The notes below the pieces were generated by a model, which saw only the letters and a program-made list of their open reading frames with translations, had not been told where the DNA came from and ran no database searches. A stretch of DNA of 64,000 bases, from assembly GCA_001179505.1 (NCBI GenBank), contig CDMY01000219.1:62001-126000 (forward strand). Direction: 5' to 3'. Source of the DNA: Vitrella brassicaformis CCMP3155 (taxonomy: Eukaryota > Protista > Chromerida). Shown here piece by piece: positions 10,999-23,275 of this stretch. Each line of letters opens with the position of its first letter. The first letter of the stretch is position 1. A program made the position numbers and the translations under genes.

Positions 10999-11420
10999 CC
11001 AATGGCGGCTCTCGGGCCTCCTTCCGTTCTGTGTATTTATTTGTCATCGTGGCCTGGCCATCGGTCGTGTCGTGTGTATCGGTGTGCTGTCTGTCCGAAC
11101 GTGTCGTTTTTGCCAATGGCGGGCTGGGGGTGGCAGAGAGGGAGGGAGGAAGGGAGGCAGGAGTGCATGAGGTTTGTGCAGCTGGTTCTTCGTCCTGTCC
11201 GTGTACCTACCGACTGATGTAGGTGCGGTCCTGTGAATATGTGTGGCTCTGCGTGTGACATCCAATCTGCCTGTCTGCCTGTCCATGGGTGATTTTAACG
11301 CATTCTCCTGTCTCTCAGCCAGGAAGCATCTTGGCGCACACCTGGCCAAATGAATCGCATTGGTGAATCGCATGCTGAAGTGGCCCACGAAGCCCCCACC
11401 ACGAGAGACGGGAACAGAGA

Positions 11421-12191
11421 ATGGCGTGCCAGTGGACCGACAAGCGGCCGGCCAGAGAGCCTGTAGATGTGAGTGATGCCCTGTCTGACAGCCTGATGCG
11501 AAGGAGGACCACGAGCTCAGCGGAAGGGGATACTTTTGATGACATCCCGGCATCGCCAGGACCCAGCTCGGATGTCAGCTGCAGTTCAATGACGCTTCCC
11601 ATTGCTGCCGTCGGGCTGCAGCCCTTCCCCGAGAGCGGTGTGCCGGGCCCCATCAGCTGCATCCCGCTGCAGCATCTCGCTGGCGGCCTTCCTGGAGGGG
11701 CGCAGTACATCCTGCTGCAGCCTGTGGCCTTCAACCCCGAGACGGCCCACCAGATGTCACAGTCCGTCTCACTCTCCAATCTGAGCGTCTCTGCCTCCGT
11801 CGATTCCGGGTATGATGCTTGCTTTGACGGCGGCGAGTCAAACGAGCTCGAAGACCTCATTGACCTATCATCGCCTGGAGATGATTCCACTCTGACGCCA
11901 GCCCCTCGCGAGCCGCCTCCCCCTGCGGCCGATGATCAGTTTGTTGAGTTTGCAGCTAGTGCATTGGGGGTCAGCCTTGAGCAGCTGCAAAACAGTCCCT
12001 GCTGGAGGCAGATGGAGCTGCAAGACATGTACGCCCAGGCGCTGAAGGAGGGACGGCTGGGGAAGCAACAGACCAACAAAAACAGCAAAGCCCGCCCTGT
12101 GGTGAATCGGCTGCCTCTCGAGACACTGGCGCGCCCCCCCAGGCTGACGAGCAGGGCCGCTTATCAGGGCGTGAGACCGTTCGCCGCCTGA
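11421..12191 (+). CDS. Hypothetical low-complexity protein (256-aa ORF; may be the 5' part of the next gene)
   Basis: Long ORF with protein-like composition. I could not find an unambiguous in-phase splice to the next ORF. Confidence 0.5.
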   Translation: MACQWTDKRPAREPVDVSDALSDSLMRRRTTSSAEGDTFDDIPASPGPSSDVSCSSMTLPIAAVGLQPFPESGVPGPISCIPLQHLAGGLPGGAQYILLQPVAFNPETAHQMSQSVSLSNLSVSASVDSGYDACFDGGESNELEDLIDLSSPGDDSTLTPAPREPPPPAADDQFVEFAASALGVSLEQLQNSPCWRQMELQDMYAQALKEGRLGKQQTNKNSKARPVVNRLPLETLARPPRLTSRAAYQGVRPFAA

Positions 12192-12203
12192 GCGCAATCG
12201 AGA

Positions 12204-15200
12204 GTGAAGGCAGCCTGGTGTTCTCTCTCACTTCGGGCAGCAGTGACCCGGACACTCGCTCGGACTCCCCAGCTACAAGGTCGCCACGAGGCCACAGCCG
12301 ACAGGCAGCAGGAGCACCAGCAATCAGCCGCCCGTCCTGCTCATCGTCTGCTGCCCCTCCAAAGCCCCCCCATCATCTCGCCACCTCTCATTGGCGATGC
12401 GTCAGAGTCCGCCGCCTCATGGCGCACGCACCCGTCCTCCATCGACTCCATCCCACTGCTGCCACCGCCCAAGAGGAGGACACAGCCAAGGCCGCCTCCC
12501 TTGAATACCAACAAGACCATTAGGCGGGTGCCTGATAGTGGACCGGGAGGCCTCGAGCACAGAGAGAAGAGAGAGGCTTCACCTTGGATGGGCCTCACCC
12601 ACACATCCAAGAGAGGACACCTTGCTGTTGTCTCGAGTGGCGAGGCTTGCCATCCGCCGCCTGCTGATGAAGTGCTGCCGAGGCGCTACAAGAGGCTTAC
12701 GCACAACAGAGCGCCAGAGGCGACGGTGGCGGTCATCAGCAGCTGCGGTCCTCCTAACTCCCCCATCTTCAAGGACTACCGAGACACGCCAAACGAGTCG
12801 CAAAACCACGGCCGTGTGCTGCCCCTCCGATGGAGCAGAAACCAACTGCAGGGCGGATCGAAGATATTTCAGAAGATATTCCAACACGGACTGCAGTCCC
12901 TGCAGGCATCTCCACTGGCAGCATCAGCTTGTTCGCCATCCACCAGCCCCACCCTTAGCCACACGTCATTCAACTCGCCCCAGGCTGCCCAGCCTGAGGT
13001 CTACGCGCCTTACGCCACCCTCCGGAAGCAGAGACACAGAAACATCGCCCCACACGCACCCAGCACGAGGCCACTCAAGCAACAACAACAATACCATGAC
13101 CAGCCGCAGCAGCCGCAGCCGCAGCCGGAAAATGAAGCGATGTTTGCACCCCTGCCCCCTCCCCGAACGGCGCCCGTCCCTGTGAGCCAAACCCCTGTCA
13201 TCAGCAAGAAGTCTGGCCATAAACCAGTGCAACGCAACGCCACGCAATCCTCAGCCCCCCCTCGCGCAGCGAAACACTCCCCGATGAATCGCAGCCAGTC
13301 GGCTTCCCGACAAAAAAGACGAGACAACAGCACCAGCAAGCGAGCTCCACAGCCACAGCCACAGCCAATGCCGGTGCCAATGCCGGCGGTGCGCCACTGC
13401 ATCCCATCGCTGCCGCCTGCCGTGGAGGCGCAGCCTTCATCTCCATTGTGGTCGTCGCCACGGGAGGACCTGCCGAGGCCAAGAGAGAGGGGGGCAGGTG
13501 CAGCTGCAGCTGCAGCTGCAGTGGCAGTGGTGGGTGGCTGCTGTGAGCCGTGTCCGATGGGCAATGAGCAGGGGCGGTTTGAGGCCACCTGCTGGGAGAC
13601 CAAAGCAGCTGAGACAAAGGTTGCGGAGGCACCGAAGAGAGACGATTCGCCTGACAGTGAGCAAGAGGACGAGAAGAGGATGGCAGAGAGGGGGAGGGAT
13701 GTTCATTCATCCATGAATTCAGCATGGTTGGTGTGGAGTCGCATTCCCCCTCTCCCCCCCTCCCCCCCAAGACAGCAGCAGCAGCAGCACCACCAGCAGC
13801 GGGCCGCTCCTGCTCCGCCTCCTGCGCGTCCCGTGCGTCCATTTCCGTTTGTGTCTCTGCCGCCGCGCCGTGTGCTGCAGATTCTTTCCTGCCTGCGCAC
13901 AGGAGAGCTCTTCGCACTCAAATGCGTCAAGAGAAGCTTCGCCACTGGGTGCACAGGTGGGGCGGACCAGACAGGTGCGTGTCTGCAGGTGACATGGAGA
14001 GTGTGTGATTGTGTGTGATTGTGTGTGTCAGTGCGTGATGGGCCTTGCCTGCGACACGTCTTCCCGAATTTGGCCTTCAGGTACCTACATATGGCTGATG
14101 AGATATGTGTGGATGGGAGCACCTGCCTCAGTCATGACCTGCCTGTCTTCAGGGAGGGGAGTCTGCCCGCCGAGCCACACCGACTCCTCGATCGTGCGTA
14201 CCTGCCTGCTGTCGTCTGCATTGAGGTGTGGATGCCTGTATGTGTCCGTGTGTGTGCTCGCGGAGAGATGGTCATGGGTTTCTGTTTCTGTGTGCTTGTC
14301 TGCAGCTGTCGAGTGAGTCACTGCCTCAGCCCTTCGTCGAGGAGCTCCTGCGTCGCCTAAGCCTCACCAGCAAACTGCAGATGCACAGCATCACTGTCAC
14401 AGGTCAGCCTGGCTGGCTGGCTGGCTGGCTGCATCGTGCCTCTCCCATATCATGGTGATGTCTCTCCGCTCGTGCTTCGCTTCAGTCCCGCTGTCTCAAG
14501 GGGCGCTTTCACACCTGTCGGCTGTCATCACGCGAAGCCCACAGCTGCACACCTTTGTCTTCTCCGGTACACACAGCCAGGAAGAGTGACAATGAAGTCA
14601 CGTTACTAATCTCTTGGTGACGATGCACACGTCTCTCTGCGGCAGGTGCTGGGCACACCCACCACGACAACGAGCCGCGCTTCCCCACTATGCTGTCGGA
14701 TGCCCTCCACCACTGCCGGCGGCTGCGTCGGCTCGAGCTTCCGGACAACGACATGGGAGCGGCAGACATGAGGCGAGTGAGGGATATCGTTCGCCGCTGT
14801 GGGAAGACTCTTGAGACACTCGTGCTGAGAGGCAACCCCATCGGTGAGCGAGACACAGACGCAGGGGGAGAACGAAACAAGGAAGTTTCGGTATTTGACA
14901 GGTTGTGGAGGGATTGAGGAGCTGTCAGCGGGCATTGACAAGCAGACATGTCGGAACCTCACTCTCCTTGATATTCGCAGGTCAACATGACAGCTCGCCT
15001 CGACATTCACACGCAAAAACACTTGTCTCTCTCTTCGCAACACGTGCGGCATCGAGCTACGGGGCCTGCAGCGACTGCTTGACCTGTTTCTTGATGATGA
15101 TGATGACGGTCGTCACGCCGAGTCGTCGCATCGTCAGAGCACCCCCACAGTGCTGATGGAGGGCAACTTTCGGGCCATGTCTCGCTCGTCGCTGGCGCCG

Positions 15201-15260
15201 CTCCTGCCCTCGCTTGAGGTGTTGGACGGGCGTAACCATGACCATGAGCAGGCCCAGTGA
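12204..15260 (+). CDS. Pro/Ser-rich protein with an F-box-like motif and C-terminal leucine-rich repeats (RNI-like)
   Basis: The 604-aa ORF ends with the F-box-like VSLPPRRVLQILSCLRTGELFALKCV. In-phase exons follow with LRRs (LHTFVFS, LRRLELPDNDMG, LETLVLRGNPIG, LTLLDIR). Stop at 15258-15260. The last acceptor is non-canonical and the 5' end is uncertain. Confidence 0.7.
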
Positions 15261-15792
15261 TCATCATGACTGTACGTGTGTACGTGTGTGCGTGTTTTGC
15301 GTTGGGTAGGGGGAGGGGCGATGTTGTTGAGCTATCTGTCACGTCTGTAGAGGGATTTGCTGATGAGTGGTAGCCAGTAGACAACAGAGGGTTGTTGAGT
15401 GACTGCAGGTAGGCAGGTGATACATGTGATGCTTCACGAACGAATGGCATGCACGATCGAGTCAGTCGAGTGTGCGTGTATGTGTATACCTTTGCAGTCA
15501 GTGACGTGCAGCACGGACACATACACGAAGGTAGACACGAACACACGTACACATAAAAGGAGTTGGTGACGACTTGTCGCGTCAAAACTGTGAGCCGTCA
15601 CGGAACGGATGACCGCATGGAGGGCACAAAACGCAAAACCGACAGCGAACTATCTGTCGCTGCATGGTACGTGTCACGTCAAGACCGGTACACCACAGGT
15701 CGCCATCACACACACACATCCCCACAAACATTGCGATCGGCACATATCACGGCAAGGGAGGGAGGCGGGGAAAAAGCCCCTCCATCTGTCAG

Positions 15793-17987
15793 TCACAGCT
15801 GCCCCCCACTGTCCAAGAGCACGTCACCACTCCCACCCCCATCGCCCACCTCTGGTGCTGGCGTTGTCAAGTCCTCTGATCGATCTTCCCATGGACGATG
15901 CCCCCATGGGTACGCCAGCCCAAAGTACCTCTCCAGCACCCGATCAGCCATCTGCAGGCTCCCCTCGGCCCACCCCTGAACGTCACTGTAGGCCTCATTC
16001 ACCAGATAGATCGGCACACCGGCCGAAGCGAACGGGTCGGCTGCCAGGTCGGCCAGGGGAGCCTCGCACGAGCAGCATGATCGTGAGTGGCACTCCGCCG
16101 CGCCCCACCGGTGCCACCCTGCGCCGTGGCCGCGCGTGTCGGGATACCACGAGGACAGGACGGCAAAGGACGGCTTCAGAGACAATGTTTGCTTGTAGAG
16201 GGAAAGCTGAAAGACATCACATCGAGGGGCAATTGTGTTGGGTGATGCAGGGGATGTGTTGGGTTCTGAATCGATGTGGGTACCGATTTGTTTTGCAGCC
16301 CCTCTCGGTGGAAATCAACCACCCTTCTGTGTGCATGGTCTAACAACAGGGCGCATCCCCGTGGCATTTGTCTGTGCGTCATCATTGTGTCTTGGTTTAC
16401 CCAAGAAGAGTTGCCCCTCCGGGGTGTCGTGGTCGATGATGGTGTACGGCGCCCCCCTCTCGCGCTGGAAGCGCCGGAAGAACTGCACACACCACATGCA
16501 TTCATGCATAGACACACAGGTGGATGGGATAGGTGATCGTCTGTTCGCACCCTTGCAGTCTCTCCCGCCTCGTCATGCTCATAGACCGCCAGAAGAAACC
16601 CATAGCACTCCTCTGTGGCGTTGGAGCCACCGCGGCATCTAATATGCCCATCATGGTATCGACCTACACACACACACACACACACAGAGGCATTCACCCA
16701 CCCATCCGTGTCTGTCTGTCTGTCTGTCTGTCTGTCAATGCCGGCGCACCTTTAAGCAGCATGTGTTGGGAGTCCCCCTCCTGGCTGAAGTCGCCTCCCA
16801 CCAGATGCAGTTTGGTCTGCCACCATGCGTCAGAGTAGTAGAGGTACAGCTTCGTCACCGTCTCCCCCTCAAGTGTATGCAGCGCCTTCCACCTCTCGAC
16901 CGTCATCATCGTGGCCGGCAGATCGCTCTCGCGTAGCACCTCCAGCAACGGACGCACCGGCACGTTCAGGACCACGCGGTCCGCCCGCACATGAACGTCA
17001 TTCGCAAAGGAAAGTGTGATGGGGCCCTCCTCTTCGCTAGACACATTCAGCCGAGTGAGCTTGTGTCGCGGGAAGGTCCTGATCCCCAGAGGGACGGTCT
17101 TGTTGACTAGTGTTTCCACCATGACGATCAGGCCGGCGTTGGCCCCATCGCTGTCGACGAGTTTGTAGCGCTGGCAGTCGAGAGGGTTGTAGCACGACAC
17201 ATTGAGACGTAGGGTTTCCTTCAATGCCCACATCGTCGGTGTGTGCGCCGGCCAGATGCGGTAAGCTCCCGGCTCAACCACAAGATCGCGATACTGTCCC
17301 AGGCCTCGCAACGACATGATGCGACCGCTGAACCACACCGCACGCGCGCACACACACGGTTCGTCCGATTGTAATGGCCGACTCTCCGTCTAGCTCACCC
17401 GAGTCTGCTGGTCATCTCGAACATGCAGATGTCTCTGCCAGTGTAGTTGCCTTCCTTGAGCAGCCGCCAGGCCACATACGCCCCGCCAATCCCCGCACCG
17501 ACAATCGCCACCCGACACCCATCTGTGTCGGCCAGGTCCGACGAGGGCAGGTCTGCCGTCTTGCGGGGGCAGTAGGTGGGTCTGTGGGGATAGCTGCAAT
17601 CCTCCTCGTAGCCCAGGGCGGCCAGCAGTGATGCCCTCGAGTACGGGAGGGCCTCATCTGGCCTCACGAAGAGAGAAGGGTGGGACGAGGGGGCATCGCA
17701 AGGGGCAGAGGGCGAGTACAAGTAACGGTTGACGAGAAGGAGCAGGCCGACGACTGCAGCATAGCAGCACGCACAGAGCAGCAGTGCAGAGTGCGGTGAG
17801 TCAGTCGATGCGCGTGGTTTGCTGGCTTACATAATATAGGCAAAGCAGCCAGATGGACCCTCCAATCTAGCCAGGATGGACATTGCCTCTCAAGTGGAGT
17901 GTCTGGCGTGGGCGGGCGTGGTTCATCGTCATCCCTGTCAACAGCGTCCACCGATGCATATGCAGCAGATGAGTCCTGGATCTTCAT
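15793..17987 (-). CDS. Flavin-dependent amine/L-amino-acid oxidase (achacin/aplysianin-like) with an N-terminal membrane anchor
   Basis: FAD-binding RVAIVGAGIGG and E...RLGGRI motifs; C-terminal NEAYSDVQGWAEGSLQMA. Splicing exon 1 (17987-17831) to exon 2 (from 17753) creates the TM segment LAALPILFVGLLLLV. Confidence 0.85.
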
Positions 17988-18182
17988 CTGGAAGTCGCCC
18001 CTGGCAGCCGACGGTGAAGACCTCATCCTTGTAAAAGCTTGTCCCTTCTCTCTGGCGGTAAGTGCGAGCTTGAAAGCGATCATACCCCACCTCCTTCCTC
18101 TCGTTTTGCCTGCTTGAGAGGCATCGTTCTCGAGTGCAGATCTTGAACAGATCTTCCTCGGAAAGCGAAGCAAAAAGCAGAG

Positions 18183-19709
18183 ATGTCCCGCGCCAAACTC
18201 GCTGGCGCCGACCCAGCAGCCATCTTTCTTCGCATCGACGCATTCAAGGGCCAATACGAGTTTCTCAGCAACGACTATCCATCAGAGGTCGTCTTTGACC
18301 GTGTGCCCTTCAAGTCAGCGACCCACGCGATTCTTGCTGTGCGATTCTCGGGCAAGGCGGCGGAGATCTGCGAGTGCGAGACCGCCGCGGAGGCGATGGA
18401 CAGAGTCAAGGATGCTCAGGTGAGTGGTGTGTGCGCTTGATTGACTGATTGATGCCGTGAATGAGTTTGGTGGCTATTTGGTACTGCTGCTGTTGGCTGC
18501 AGGAGAGGGACGACTGGGAGTCCGGTCGGCTCAAGTGGATGGAGCAGATCTTACGCGACAAGTTCAGGCGCTCGGCGGGTATGTAACAGATGAATCAAGG
18601 CAGGCACGCACAAACCAAACCAATCCCATGAGGTTCCTACTGCTCTGTGCACATACGTGTGTTGTGTTGTGTTTCCGTTGATCAGAGTTGCGGACCAAGC
18701 TGAAGGAGACGGGCGGCCGGCTGCTGGTGTGGGCCAACGCCAGCGATGCCTTCTTCGGTGAGGTGGACGGCCGAGGGCAGAACCAGCTGGGGAGGATACT
18801 CATGAGGATCCGCACTGACATCAGAAACGACACCGAGCTCGAGAGTGAGCAGACAACATGCCTGGGAGGGTGGATGAATGTCTGAGGGCCATGTGTTCTC
18901 TGTCAGCATGGCTGGCGCTGTGTCACGACCTGGAGGAGGACAACAATGCGCGGCCGCTGCTGCAGCTGATCGAGACGAAGCCTGACCACGAGAACCCACT
19001 GGGTGCGAACAGACCAGAGATCAGCATGTGTGTTGAATGGATGGATGGATGGATGGGTGGGTGTCCTGCACTGCTGCAGGTGAGCATGCGCTCGACGGAG
19101 AGCCGTACTTCTTTCTGGGCAAGAACCCCGAGACCTGTCAAGTCGTCGCTCTGCACCCCTCCATCTCCCGCACACACGCCCTCATCGCCCTCACAAAGGT
19201 CCGTGAGTGGGTTGTTCGTCACAACGGTTGTCTGTTCTCATCTCTCTGTGCGTGTGCATGGCATGGGTGTCTGTCTATGTGTCGCAGGCGGGTCCCGTCT
19301 TGATGGATCTTAACTCAAAGGCGGGCACCAAGCTGAACGGCGAGCGGCTGCCGCACCACCACGTGGGCTTCCCTCTCAAGACCTCCGACACCATCACTCT
19401 CGGCGCATCCACACGCTCATACCAAGTCAAGGTCAGTCTGCCAGAGAGAGAATGAGAATCAACGAGGTTCTGTCTGTCTGTCAATGTGTGTGTGGTCTGG
19501 CGGGTGTGTCAGGTGGACAGCGGCCGTGTGGTGGCCTATTTGGAATCGCGGCAGAAGGAGCTGCGGCGTGAGGTGCAGATGCTCGACAGGAAGATGCAGG
19601 ACCCACTAGCAGCCGTCAAGGACGAGACCAAACAAGAGGCCACCGTACGCAGACAGACACGAAGCGACAGACAGACAGCCAGACAGACAGACAGACAGGT
19701 GCGCGCTGC

Positions 19710-19745
<36 letters not shown>

Positions 19746-20847
19746 CTTTGTGGGCAATCTGCCCTTCACGACCACCAAGGACGAGATCACGGCCTTCTTC
19801 GAGGAATGCGGACACATCACGGTGGGTGGGTGGGTCACCGACACACAGCCTAAACGGCCTCTGCACTCGTGTGTGCGGTCTCTCTCATCTCAGGAGGTGC
19901 GCTTCCCTCCCCCCCGTGACAAGCCATCCGACGGCACCACCGCTGCACGCGGCATCGCCTTCATCACTTTCGACGTATGCCAGCGGCTGACAAAGCCCTC
20001 CAATAGCAACATGTCAGACAGGTCAAACGCTTCTTTCTGCGTCGGTTTGTGCAGACGCCGCTGGCCGCCAAGCGCGCGACAGGCATGGACGGCAAGCACA
20101 TCGGGGGAGAGGCCGGGCCCGATGGCAAGATGAAAGGCGGCCGGAGAATGAAGGTGCGCTTGTGTGTGTGTGTGTGTGTGTGTGTGTGGACCAATCCACA
20201 GGTGACACATTGCCGTGCTGCTGGCTCGGTCTGCTTTGTCTTGTCTGTCGCTCGTCCAGGTGGACATGTCTGAGGGTCCGCGCCCCTCCAGACAAAGACC
20301 CCCCGACGCCAGGGACACCGACCGCCGCAGAGACAGAGACAGAGACAGAGACGACGGTCGACCTGCTCTGCACAATGGCAGGTGAGTGAGTGAGTGACAC
20401 CGATGGATGGATGGATGACTTGCCCTCCATCCCACACACACTCATCAATCGCACCAGTGTTGCGTATGCCTTATGTTCAGGTCCGTGCGTGACGCTCCAC
20501 GGGGGGACGACCGTGGTCAGCGGCGGGAGCCTCGTGAGGAACCACCACGCAGAGACCATCAGGACAGGCGAGAAGGCGACAGGCGAGACGACCGGCCACC
20601 GCCTCAGCCACGTAAGGAGTCGCGCAGCCGCAGCCGCAGCCCGTTGTTCAAACGACGGGCTGTCCGTGACCGCTCTGAGAGTGCGGGTCGGCAGAGAAGG
20701 CGGGGCGGGGATGAAGTTGACAGTGAGAAGGAGATGCGGCGAGATCGGCCGGGGCGCAAGGGGTCTGTGTCCCGGTCTCGGTCTTCGTCGAGGTCGAGGG
20801 ACAGTCGAAGCCCCAAGAGGGGAGGGGTGGCAAGAGGGGCTGGCTGA
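18183..20847 (+). CDS. Multidomain NADAR (YbiA/DUF1768)-FHA-coiled-coil-RRM-RS protein, 12 exons
   Basis: All junctions are GT-AG and in phase. NADAR: FLSNDYP, DKFRRSAELRTKLKETG, DAFFG, GQNQLGRILMRIR. FHA: LGKN, HPSISRTHA, DLNSKAGTKLNG, LGASTRSY. RRM: IFVGNLPF, RGIAFITF. RD/RS tail: RSRSRSP, SRSRSSSRSR. Confidence 0.88.
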
Positions 20848-21376
20848 CTGACTGACTGTCTGTGGATGGATGCATCGCTGGCCTGCCGTATGTGTGTGTC
20901 TGACGTGTGCGATGGCTGGACGGGACACACAATGGATGACAAGGAGACACAGACAGACACACACGTGAGTTGGACTGGATGAGATGGAGTGGATGGATGG
21001 ATGGATGGATCCATCCATGTCATGTTTCTTGCCTATTTCTTGCCGACACTTGGCAGACGGAAACACGCGACCAGATATATATCCATCATTCTCTCTGTGC
21101 AGTGGTCGTTGAGGGGCTCACAGACAGACCGACACACAGCATGACTGAATCAGACAGTGCGACTCATTGGAATGCATGTGTGTGTGTATGTGTCTGAGAG
21201 TGTGCGGCCGCAACTTGACAACCTGATCAATCAACTGACTGAATCACACAGAGGCTTAATCCATGGGATGAGTCCACTCCACCACGCAGTCACCACGAGA
21301 GAGAGAGAGAGAGAGAGATATGGCAGCCAGGTGAGTCAGCTAGGCAGCCAACCACATTCTCACACCGGCCGGAGCG

Positions 21377-22052
21377 TCACATCGAAATCGGCCGGCAGCC
21401 AACCGGACCGCACCACATGCACTCACACCCACACCCACACCCACAGGCAGCCATTCGGTCACACAGCAGCAGCAGCTGGTCGACACAGTGAGCGGTGGGC
21501 GATGTGTCTTGAGGAACAAACCGATCGGCGACAGAGATGAATGACGACAGCCAGCACCCAACTTGATATGCCCTCCTGACAACACACACACACCGAGGGC
21601 AGGGCGGCACTCAGCCACATGGTGACGAAGGGGATGTATCGCTGCGCACCCACCAGTGCGTATTGGCTGATGGATCGGTCAGCCGCCACCCTCCGCCTCA
21701 GCTGCGCCACCCTCACCTGCCCAAGGCACAGATACACACACACACACAGACACATGATTGTGATGGAGGTCGACGTGGGGGCCTCTGTGGTGTGTGTGGC
21801 TGTGTGACTCCCATCATCGTCACTCCCATCATTACCGCCCTCATCGCTGGCGTCATTCATATCGTCACTCACATCATCGCCGCTGCCGTCGTCGGCATCT
21901 GCACACACCCAGACCATCGTCCGACTCTATTTCACACACACACACAGAGAGGGCACGTCATCCGTCAATCCACCGATGAATGTTTGAATGTGTCCCTCTC
22001 TGTATCTGTACCATTGTCATCGTCATCTTCATCTTGCTGTTGCTGCTGTTGC

Positions 22053-22099
<47 letters not shown>

Positions 22100-23275
22100 C
22101 TGCTGCTGTGGCACTTGTCCGTCGAATACGAATGGCGCCGCCGCCCCCAACACCGCGCGAGCCAGCTGAGTGGTCAACGGGAAGCGGTGCTTGAACAAAC
22201 CGCCCTCACACACAGCCGCCTCAGTGGTCTGGACATACACAATCCCCGCACACAAGGGGAAGAAAAACACCGATGACAATAATAACATTTGACCAGCGGC
22301 GACTCGGTGAGCAGATCGTCCAGACGGCCGCCACCGACATCCCTGAACAGACAGACACCACCACCGTGGCCCACCCCAGTTATGCCCTTGTTGTGTCACC
22401 TGTTGAGTATAGTCAATATATACATATATGTGTCAGTGGTCTGGTGAGTTCTGATGAAGTGGTCGAGGGTCTTGTAATTGACAAACGACGACACTGACGC
22501 ATTGGTGAACGGGCCACCGCTCGACACCCATCGGCCACGGACGGTCGAGTAGAAGATGCGGCTGCGCACTGGTAGGTCGTGTGGCTGTCTGTGTTGCTCA
22601 TACAGATGGCCGGCAGGGAGGGGCGGGTCGACCTCCAACTCAAAGCCGGGCTCGTCGATGATGGCCCGCACGTCCTCATTGCCGTGCTGGAACAGCTGCA
22701 TGCAGGTGCCATCACTGAAGTGGACGTGGCGGCCGACCATCTTGAGCTGCGCCAACACACGGGGAGCCGACACATACGCCTACACACACATGACCACATA
22801 CAGACACACACCACAGACAGAGAGAATGAGGCCCTCCCCGCCCGTCTGTTTGCCGGCTCACCGTTATGTTTGCGTGTGTGTTGATGTCAGCCCCACCGAG
22901 GGTCACAGGCAGCTCACAGTTGCCGCACTGCCCTGCCAGCTCAATCACCTCGGCCATCTCGCCCCAGCCCCCCTCCTCGCCCCAGCCCCCCTCCTCCACC
23001 ACACACACAGCCGCCAGCAGATCATGTGTGCCGAACTGGTCGTCGTCGAACCGCAGCAGCTGCACTTGCTGCCCATTCACCGCCCGCCGCAGCCCCGCCT
23101 GTGAGCCCAGCGAGTGGCTGAGCCGATCCCTCAGCTGGGCCGCTCCGAAGAGCTCTCTGAGCCACGTGCAGGCGGCCCTCAGCCGCACGACGTCCTTGAT
23201 GCTGAGGAGGTAGCGGCTCCTCCGGCCCACACACAGGTATGACACGAGGTGCTGCTGCTGCTCGTGGTGCTGCAT
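21377..23275 (-). pseudogene. Degenerate member(s) of a lineage-expanded F-box-like family, with a polyQ tract
   Basis: Exons YLLSIKDVVRLRAAC..., SAPRVLAQLKMVGRHV...PPLPAGHLY..., RDVGGGRLDDLLTESP and TTEAAVCEGGLFKHRFP resemble a large Vitrella-specific family (from recollection, not a search). The frame changes between LLTESP and TTEAAV without a splice site. A second, fragmentary F-box-like unit lies at about 21380-21700. Confidence 0.5.
22034..22108 (-). repeat. (CAG/CAA)n polyglutamine tract, about 24 codons
   Basis: Mixed CTG/TTG repeats on the plus strand, followed on the minus strand by DEDDDD. Confidence 0.9.

Noticed and set aside
18183-18844. NADAR as part of a prokaryote-style DarT-NADAR toxin-antitoxin pair
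   Set aside because: No ADP-ribosyltransferase gene nearby; the domain is intron-split and fused to eukaryotic FHA/RRM/RS modules.
20473-21066. 347-aa minus-strand ORF 20023-21066 and similar antisense ORFs over the RS exon
   Set aside because: Antisense reading of the RS-rich exon plus intronic microsatellites.
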